Below are positions 55,999 through 64,000 of a DNA stretch of 64,000 nucleotides, piece after piece. The translations under genes and the position numbers were made by a program. The DNA lies in contig JBDLRV010000046.1 of the NCBI GenBank assembly GCA_039799865.1, forward strand, positions 9,068 to 73,067, read 5' to 3'. The number at the start of each line of letters is the position of its first letter. The first letter of the stretch is position 1. This DNA is from Actinomycetota bacterium. GTDB taxonomy: Bacteria; Actinomycetota; Actinomycetes; Actinomycetales; Microbacteriaceae. A model generated the notes under the pieces. The model worked only from the letters and a program-made list of their open reading frames with translations. It was not told the origin of the DNA and did not search any database.

Positions 55999-56250
55999 TT
56001 AGAACTCGCTGAACATCATCGCGCCGATTATGGCGCCGATGAACATGCCCAGAAGTGTTCCCAAAATACCTACCGTTAAACCAACTGGCGCTAGGCGCTC
56101 TTTCTTAACCAGTCCAATTACTCCCAAAATGATGGCCGCTGGACCAAAGACGATTGGGAACAGAAGAAGAGAAACGGCACCTAGAACTATCGCAAGAATC
56201 GAGAAGGTGTTCGAGGGGTTGGTTGGGGTTGGTGGGGTTTGCTCTGACAT
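55999..56250 (-). CDS. Small membrane protein (DUF4190-like)
   Basis: FSILAIVLG..FGPAAIILGVIG; AAGGAG RBS. Confidence 0.7.
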   Translation of the reverse strand: MSEQTPPTPTNPSNTFSILAIVLGAVSLLLFPIVFGPAAIILGVIGLVKKERLAPVGLTVGILGTLLGMFIGAIIGAMMFSEF

Positions 56251-56317
56251 AAGACTCCTTTTAGGAAGAACTTTGCTTCAGCCTAGACCTGACAACGCTA
56301 AACTTACCTATCGCTAG

Positions 56318-56393
56318 GCCGACCTGGCGCAATTGGTAGCGCACCGCACTTGTAATGCGGGGGTTACGGGTTCGAGTCCCGTGGTCGGCTCCA
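56318..56393 (+). tRNA. tRNA-Thr(TGT)
   Basis: GCCGACC/GGTCGGC acceptor stem, CCGCA-CTTGTAA-TGCGG anticodon arm, GGTTCGAGTCC, encoded CCA. Confidence 0.95.
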
Positions 56394-56394
56394 G

Positions 56395-57138
56395 TTAGAT
56401 AAGACCCTCAACCAGCAGGGTAATCAACGGGGCTGCTACTAGTGCAGGTAAGAGTGCAGCGACGCTAATCATTCGAATTTGAAGAACCCTCAGCCCAGTT
56501 GCCAGTAGCAGGATTCCGCCAGTTGCAGTGATCGAAGCCACGACCGCCGCTGGCATGAGCGCTCCTAGAAAAGCTGCTGCCACTGTAAGAATGCCCTGCC
56601 AAATTCCAACTGGAATTGCAGAAAAAGCAACTCCCCAGCCAAGTGCTGCAGCGAAGGCAATTGCCGTGAATCCGTCGAGGGTACTTTTCAGTGCGAGTGT
56701 TTCTATTCCCTGGCCAAGGCCATCAGAGAGTGCTCCTAGAACTGCCATTGGGCCGATCGTGAAGAGTAGCGATGCATTGACAAAACCTTCAATGAATTTC
56801 TCGCGACTCTGACCGCCAGTTTTCTTACTGGTTTTTCTCTGCAGCCAGCTTCCAAAGTTTTCTAGCCTCTCTTCAATTTTTAGAAGAGAACCTGTGATCC
56901 CACCAACAATCAGCGAGGCTAGAACGACCAGCAGAGTACCCGCCGCAGTGACTGCCGCAACAAAGTCTTTATCCCACAGTGCCATCAGGTTCATAGCACC
57001 TATGACTAAGACGACGAGACCCATCGCGTCGGTTAGGAGCCTAGACATCTTCTCTGGGAGTCGATTACCAATCAGAACACCAATGGTTGCGCCGAAGACA
57101 ATTGCAACAACATTGAGAATCGTTCCAAGTCCCAGCAT
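56395..57138 (-). CDS. DUF554 family membrane protein
   Basis: GTILNV..I..G, EGFV.ASLLF..GPMA.LG, LKS.LDGF. Confidence 0.9.
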   Translation of the reverse strand: MLGLGTILNVVAIVFGATIGVLIGNRLPEKMSRLLTDAMGLVVLVIGAMNLMALWDKDFVAAVTAAGTLLVVLASLIVGGITGSLLKIEERLENFGSWLQRKTSKKTGGQSREKFIEGFVNASLLFTIGPMAVLGALSDGLGQGIETLALKSTLDGFTAIAFAAALGWGVAFSAIPVGIWQGILTVAAAFLGALMPAAVVASITATGGILLLATGLRVLQIRMISVAALLPALVAAPLITLLVEGLI

Positions 57139-57153
57139 GGGAACTCCTCTTGT

Positions 57154-57555
57154 TTAGTTTTTAGGCTTGAAGGTAATGCTCACGGAGTTGATGCAGTATC
57201 TATCACCGGTTGGTGTTTGAGGAGCATCTTCAAAAACGTGGCCGAGGTGAGAACCGCACTTAGAGCATCTAACCTCTGTTCGAATCATTCCGTGAGAGCG
57301 ATCCTCAATGTATTCGATCGCCTGGTTGTCCTGGGGTTTATAGAAGCTAGGCCACCCGCAGTGGGAATCGAACTTGGTGTCTGATTCAAATAAAAAGGCA
57401 TCGCAGCCTCGGCAGTGATAGCTGCCAGATCGCTTTTCTTCGAGCAGCTCCCCGGTGTAGGCCCGCTCGGTCCCAGCCATGCGAAGAACGTGGTATTCAA
57501 ACTCGCTTAGCTCTTGGCGCCACTGCTCATCGGTCTTGTAGACCTCATACTTCAT
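57154..57555 (-). CDS. msrB: Methionine-R-sulfoxide reductase
   Basis: GTER.YTG, KFDSHCGWPSF, CGSHLGHVF.D, RYCINS. Confidence 0.96.
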   Translation of the reverse strand: MKYEVYKTDEQWRQELSEFEYHVLRMAGTERAYTGELLEEKRSGSYHCRGCDAFLFESDTKFDSHCGWPSFYKPQDNQAIEYIEDRSHGMIRTEVRCSKCGSHLGHVFEDAPQTPTGDRYCINSVSITFKPKN

Positions 57556-57715
57556 TTTGGCCCTCCCGGGGGTTTATAACCGTTCTGTAACTAATCTGGA
57601 CCCAGGGACTATCCCTTAGGGAATATCCAGAATAGGCTGTCCTTGTCGAGCAGGACCTAGGTTGAGCCCGATGCACGTGTGAATTACGCACGTGGACTAA
57701 GCATCAGGAGCAACA

Positions 57716-57916
57716 ATGGCACAAGGAACCGTCAAGTGGTTCAACTCCGAAAAGGGTTTTGGGTTTATTACTCAGGACGACGGACCGGACGTATTCGCAC
57801 ACTTTTCAGCAATTCAGACGGATGGCTACAGAGAACTCAAGGAAAACCAGCGAGTTCAGTTTGACGTCAAGCAGGGCGACAAGGGCCTGCAGGCTGAAAA
57901 CATCACGATCCTCTAG
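57716..57916 (+). CDS. cspA: Cold-shock protein
   Basis: [24 protein letters not shown] (RNP1/RNP2). Confidence 0.96.
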   Translation: MAQGTVKWFNSEKGFGFITQDDGPDVFAHFSAIQTDGYRELKENQRVQFDVKQGDKGLQAENITIL

Positions 57917-57935
57917 AAAACAAGCTAAAAATGGG

Positions 57936-57959
57936 ACCCCACCCAAGGGTGGGGTATTT
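57936..57959 (+). terminator. Stem-loop after cspA
   Basis: ACCCCACCC-AA-GGGTGGGGT followed by ATTT. Confidence 0.65.
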
Positions 57960-57962
57960 CCA

Positions 57963-57989
57963 CTTGCACTCTGGGCCCAAGAGTGCTAA
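57963..57989 (+). promoter_or_regulatory. CIRCE element 1 (HrcA operator)
   Basis: CTTGCACTC-N9-GAGTGCTAA. Confidence 0.9.
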
Positions 57990-57996
57990 AACTGAG

Positions 57997-59675
<1,679 letters not shown>

Positions 59676-59690
59676 GAAAAGTCAACTAAG

Positions 59691-59725
59691 AAACAGGGTG
59701 GCGATTGCCACCCTGTTTTCTTTTT
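59691..59725 (+). terminator. Rho-independent terminator of groEL (likely bidirectional)
   Basis: AAACAGGGTGGC-GATT-GCCACCCTGTTT followed by TCTTTTT. Confidence 0.85.
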
Positions 59726-61160
59726 ACTTATTTAGCTTGAAGCAGAAGGTTGCACCGCCACCGGCAGTTTCATCAACCCAAATACTTCCGCCGTGGGCGT
59801 CGACTATCGATTTGGCGATGGCCAGGCCAAGACCCGAACCTCCGGTTTCTCGGTTTCTCGAATTGTCTACTCGATAGAAGCGCTCAAAGATTTTTTCTCT
59901 AAGGCTTGGCGGAATACCTTCGCCACGGTCAATGACTTTGACCACAACTTCTTTTTCCTGCTCAAGAATTTCGACAGTAATCTCGGAGCTACTTGGAGCA
60001 AACCTCGACGCATTGGCCAGCAGATTTGTTAGCACCTGCTTAATCCGATCGGGGTCAATTGTCACAATCAGTTCTGCAGGAGCTGATGCCAGACGGAAGC
60101 TGACTGACTGGTTCGAAACCGCTGCATCCTTGATGCTCTCTTTAGTTAGCCCAACCAGATCAATCGGTTCCTTCTTTAAATTACCTAGCTCATCCATGCG
60201 CGTAAGGGTTAGAAGGCTCTCTACCAATCCGCTCATGCGAATAGCTTCACTTTCAATTCGGCCCATTGCTTCGCTTAGATCCTGCTTGCTCTTGATTGCA
60301 CCCATTCGATACAGCTCGGCATAACCGCGAACCGTAACCAGTGGCGTCCTTAGCTCATGGCTCGCGTCAGAGACAAACCTGCGCATTTGATCAAGGGTCT
60401 TGTCTTTGCCCCTGACGGCAGACTCAATCGAATCAAGCATGCTATTCAGGGCCTTGTTTAGCCGCCCAATTTCTGTTTTCCCATGCCGTTGGACAAGACG
60501 TGAGGAGAACTTTCCGCTCTTAACCGCTTCCGCAGTTCTCTCTACTTCCTTCAAAGGCCTGAGGGCAGAGGTGATAGTTAGCCAAATACTCAGACCCGAT
60601 AGAAAAACCAGCAGAACCCCAAAGCGACCACCAATCACCGCGTATTCATTGATGATTTGGCGATTGGTATTGATTGGCAGGGCCACCACGACCGATCCCT
60701 CTGCTTGCTGCAGCGGCAGGGCAACGATTCGCCACTCCTGATTCGGCCCGGGGACATCAACTTCAGCATCAAATGGCACACCGCCAAATTCCAATACTTT
60801 GTCCAGGGTCAGGTTAGAGAAGTTCGGAACTTCTCGACCACCTCCGGTTGCCGAAACCAGTCCTAGGAATTGATTTGCATCTGCGTCCAGAATTGCGATG
60901 TAGTAATCGCTGGGAAGCGCGGGAAGAGTTAGGTCTCCGGTGGTGACTCTAACCTGGAGCCTAAGGGGATTCTCTTCACGCAGCTGGTTGGCGGTTGCGA
61001 TCAAAAGATTGTCTGTGTTCTGTTGCAAATAAGTTGAGAGCAGTGCAACTGTCCCAGCGCTTGAAATTGTAAGAAGAAACCCAATTAGAAAAATCGACAT
61101 TGTGGTTAGCTTTGCCCGAAGAGAAACTCTCTCCCAGGCAGCTAAAACGCGATTTTTCAA
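59724..61160 (-). CDS. HAMP-domain sensor histidine kinase (PhoR/TcrY-like)
   Basis: Two TM helices, HAMP, FVSDASHELRTP, NLLANA, GGSGLGL. Confidence 0.9.
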   Translation of the reverse strand: MKNRVLAAWERVSLRAKLTTMSIFLIGFLLTISSAGTVALLSTYLQQNTDNLLIATANQLREENPLRLQVRVTTGDLTLPALPSDYYIAILDADANQFLGLVSATGGGREVPNFSNLTLDKVLEFGGVPFDAEVDVPGPNQEWRIVALPLQQAEGSVVVALPINTNRQIINEYAVIGGRFGVLLVFLSGLSIWLTITSALRPLKEVERTAEAVKSGKFSSRLVQRHGKTEIGRLNKALNSMLDSIESAVRGKDKTLDQMRRFVSDASHELRTPLVTVRGYAELYRMGAIKSKQDLSEAMGRIESEAIRMSGLVESLLTLTRMDELGNLKKEPIDLVGLTKESIKDAAVSNQSVSFRLASAPAELIVTIDPDRIKQVLTNLLANASRFAPSSSEITVEILEQEKEVVVKVIDRGEGIPPSLREKIFERFYRVDNSRNRETGGSGLGLAIAKSIVDAHGGSIWVDETAGGGATFCFKLNK

Positions 61161-61163
61161 TTA

Positions 61164-61853
61164 CTAAGCCTTAGGGCCCTTCAGCATGTAACCAACTCCG
61201 CGCTTGGTAACAATCAGCGGCTCTTTTGAAATCGGATCTAGCTTCTTACGTAGGTAGGAAACATAGGACTCAACAATTCCCATTTCACCATTGAAGTCAT
61301 ACTCCCAAACGTGATCAAGAATCTGAGCTTTGGTGAGGACACGGTTTGGGTTGGTGGCAAGGTAGCGAAGCAGTTGGTATTCAGTGGGGGACAACTCAAC
61401 CGGCTTTCCTGAGACGGTCACCTCGTGAGCTTCTTCGTTAATGGTCAATTCACCTACAACAATCTGCGACTGGGTCTGGTCCTTGCCAGTTCTGCGCATG
61501 ATTGCGCTGATTCGAGCAATGATCTCATCGAGACTGAATGGTTTAGTCACGTAGTCATCGCCACCCACTGTTAGTCCCGTGACTTTGTCTTCGGTGTCAT
61601 CCCTAGCAGTAAGGAAAAGGATTGGAACCTCAATACCGAGACTACGAATCTTCTTGGTCACGCCAAAACCTGAAATATCAGGAAGCATGACATCCAGCAG
61701 AACGATATCTGGTTGGTTATCGACAATCTTGTTGATTGCCTCGTTGCCATTGGCGGCGGTTAAGACCTGGTGCCCCTGGAAGCGCAAGCTGGCCGAGAGC
61801 AGGTCGCGAATGTTCGGTTCGTCATCAACTACCAAGACCTTGAGATTTTCCAT
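61164..61853 (-). CDS. OmpR-family response regulator (PhoP/TcrX-like)
   Basis: VVDDEPNI, LDVMLPD, FLTARD, GGDDYVTKPFS, LSPTE. Confidence 0.92.
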   Translation of the reverse strand: MENLKVLVVDDEPNIRDLLSASLRFQGHQVLTAANGNEAINKIVDNQPDIVLLDVMLPDISGFGVTKKIRSLGIEVPILFLTARDDTEDKVTGLTVGGDDYVTKPFSLDEIIARISAIMRRTGKDQTQSQIVVGELTINEEAHEVTVSGKPVELSPTEYQLLRYLATNPNRVLTKAQILDHVWEYDFNGEMGIVESYVSYLRKKLDPISKEPLIVTKRGVGYMLKGPKA

Positions 61854-61904
61854 ATAAGTAGTCTGCCTGAGAAGGCTGGAAGAAATCTGGGAGCAACCTG
61901 AGAC

Positions 61905-63530
61905 CTAGATGTTCTCAGCATTCATGATTTCGTAGGAGTAGCCCTGCTCTGCTAAGAACCGCTGGCGGTTTTGGGCAAAGTCCTGCTCTACGGTGTCTCT
62001 AGCAATCAGGGTGTAAAAGAGTGCGGTTCGTCCGTCCTGCTTTGGTCTGAGCAGTCTCCCAAGTCGCTGGGCCTCTTCCTGACGAGAGCCAAAGGAGCCG
62101 GAGATTTGAATAGCGAGCGAGGCCTCGGGAAGATCGATTGAGAAGTTCGCAACCTTTGATACAACCAAGGCAGGGAGTTTTCCTGTTCGAAAGTCCTTGA
62201 ATAGTTTCTCTCGCTCATCCACTGGTGTCTCACCGGTGAGCTTAGGGATGCTGAGCGCTTGAGATACCTCTTCAATCTGATCAAGATACTGTCCAATGAT
62301 CAGAGTTGGTTCTGCGGGGTGTTTGTCCAAAAGCTTTCTGAGCATTGGAAGTTTTGCTTTTGCGGTTGCCGCAATTCTGAATCTGGTATCAGCATCACTG
62401 ATTGCGTAATTCATTCTTTCCTCATCGGGAAGACTAATGCGGATTTCAAAACACTTTGCAGGTGCGATGTAGCCCTGGGCTTCAATGTCTTTCCAAGGTG
62501 CATCGAAACGTTTTGGACCGATTAGCGAGAAGACATCTGACTCTCGTCCGTCTTCTCGGACAAGGGTTGCGGTTAGTCCCAGTCTTCGTCTTGCTTGCAG
62601 ATCAGCAGTCATCTTAAAAATCGGCGCTGGCAGCAGGTGAACCTCGTCGTAAATAATCAGGCCCCAGTCTCTGGCATTTAGAAGTTCCAGGTGGGCAAAT
62701 TCACCTTTTCGCTTGGTGGTGAGAATTTGATAGGTGGCTATTGTTACCGGCGCGAGTTGTTTGGATGAGCCCGAGTACTCGGCGATGTCCTGCTCAAGAA
62801 GATCCGTGCGAGAGAGAAGTTCTTCCCGCCACTGCCTAGCTGCAACTGTGTTGGTAACCAAAATCAATGTGTTGGTATCAAATCGGGCCATGGCTGCAGC
62901 ACCCACCAGGGTCTTGCCTGCACCGCAGGGAAGAACGACCACACCAGAGCCGCCCTGCGCAAACTTCTCGACCGCCAGATTCTGGTAGTCGCGTAGTTTC
63001 CAGCCCTGCTCTTTGAGCTGAATCTCATGAGGGGTGCCGGGGGTAAATCCGGCTGTGTCCTCAGCGGGCCAGCCAAGTTTCAGTAGTTGCTGTTTGAGCT
63101 GACCCCTGGCCCAGGCGCTGACGCGATAGCCCTTGGCAAGTTTTTCTTCGAGTAGCTCACGGACCTTGGGGTTTGAGCAAACCTCGGTCAAAATGGCTGC
63201 GCTCTCGCTTTCAAGAACCAGCCCCTTCTCATCCCTTGCGATGACCAGCTTTCCGAATCGATCAATGGTGTTTCTAATTTCGGAGGTGACACTTTCAGGA
63301 AGCGGGTACTTCGAGAAGCGAGTCAGCGAGTCAATGATGAACTGTGCATCGTGACCGGCGGCCCTGGCGTTCCAGAGACCAAGCCTTGTGATGCGGTAGG
63401 TGTGGATGTGTTCCGGAGCTCTTTCCAATTCGGCAAAAATTGCCAGCTCGTGCCTAGCCTCACCGCTCTGCGGATGATCGGTTTCTAGAAGGACTGTTCT
63501 ATCGCTTTGAACAATCAGTGGTCCAGGCAT
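61905..63530 (-). CDS. XPB/Rad25-like DNA repair helicase
   Basis: GPLIVQSD, ELERAPEH, LPCGAGKT, DEVH, GLTAT, QEEAQRLGR. Confidence 0.93.
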   Translation of the reverse strand: MPGPLIVQSDRTVLLETDHPQSGEARHELAIFAELERAPEHIHTYRITRLGLWNARAAGHDAQFIIDSLTRFSKYPLPESVTSEIRNTIDRFGKLVIARDEKGLVLESESAAILTEVCSNPKVRELLEEKLAKGYRVSAWARGQLKQQLLKLGWPAEDTAGFTPGTPHEIQLKEQGWKLRDYQNLAVEKFAQGGSGVVVLPCGAGKTLVGAAAMARFDTNTLILVTNTVAARQWREELLSRTDLLEQDIAEYSGSSKQLAPVTIATYQILTTKRKGEFAHLELLNARDWGLIIYDEVHLLPAPIFKMTADLQARRRLGLTATLVREDGRESDVFSLIGPKRFDAPWKDIEAQGYIAPAKCFEIRISLPDEERMNYAISDADTRFRIAATAKAKLPMLRKLLDKHPAEPTLIIGQYLDQIEEVSQALSIPKLTGETPVDEREKLFKDFRTGKLPALVVSKVANFSIDLPEASLAIQISGSFGSRQEEAQRLGRLLRPKQDGRTALFYTLIARDTVEQDFAQNRQRFLAEQGYSYEIMNAENI

Positions 63531-63539
63531 CCTTACAGC

Positions 63540-64000
63540 CTAACTGAGGACCACTGACCTTATTCGTGACAGTGGCAGGGTGCGCTCGGCCTGCTTGGCC
63601 TCATCTCTACCCCGCAGTCTGTTGCCGGCAAGACCTAGAGGAGTTAGCAGCATCCGCTGAACTTCACCATCTAATTCAATTCCCACTGTCACCTGCAGTT
63701 TGTTCTTAAGTGCAAACCGTAGCTGTCTTTGGATATCTCCCAAATCCGCACTGACCTGCTCTCCGCTAAGCAGATTCTTGGCTCTCGCCAGGAAATTGGA
63801 TTCGTTAGCTGCGCTTTGTTCAAAGCTGGAGCGTGGAGACATTATGTTTCCTGTTTCGCTTACCATCACGGCGCTGTAGCCACAATCGCGCAGAGAGAAA
63901 TAGCAAAGCTCCTGCGATGTAGGTGAGCTCAGCCCAGAGGCTGATTTCTTGAGGGAAAGATGAACTAATGATTTTTCGTTGAGTATCTGAGTTAGCAAGA
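63540..64000 (-). CDS. C-terminal part of the XPB-associated helicase-associated-domain protein (WYL-like tail), truncated by window edge
   Basis: P..LAGNRLRGRD....ERTLPLSRI C-terminus; directly upstream of XPB. Confidence 0.7.
   Translation of the reverse strand, partial: LLTQILNEKSLVHLSLKKSASGLSSPTSQELCYFSLRDCGYSAVMVSETGNIMSPRSSFEQSAANESNFLARAKNLLSGEQVSADLGDIQRQLRFALKNKLQVTVGIELDGEVQRMLLTPLGLAGNRLRGRDEAKQAERTLPLSRIRSVVLS

Overview
This window is a gene-dense (~50% GC) chromosomal segment of a genome-streamlined actinobacterium. Gene content and order point to the family Microbacteriaceae, plausibly a freshwater Aquiluna/Rhodoluna-like lineage (inference). It is mostly core genome: holB, Trk K+ uptake, dacB, pncA, galTK/galM, a cobalamin-type ECF transporter converging on metH, amino-acid and polyamine ABC transporters, glpK/glpD, mutT1-ppk1-glnR, gpmA-phoU-senX3-regX3, carD-ispDF-cysS-rlmB, msiK with its RNA motif, msrB, cspA, CIRCE-controlled groEL, an OmpR-type two-component system and an XPB helicase, plus three tRNAs (Thr-CGT, Lys-TTT, Thr-TGT). 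I saw no transposase, integrase, prophage or CRISPR array. The most intriguing unexplained element is a structured 5' leader carrying an 18-codon uORF (MKARLLAVTPKRLVPIGG*) upstream of a saccharopine/carboxyspermidine-dehydrogenase-like gene, a candidate leader-peptide or riboswitch control. Also notable are a compact B12-type ECF module with a T-ATPase-ATPase fusion and a probable ATT start, back-to-back leaderless genes, several unannotated small membrane ORFs, and a SenX3 with no membrane anchor. All product calls come from motif recognition by eye, not database searches.
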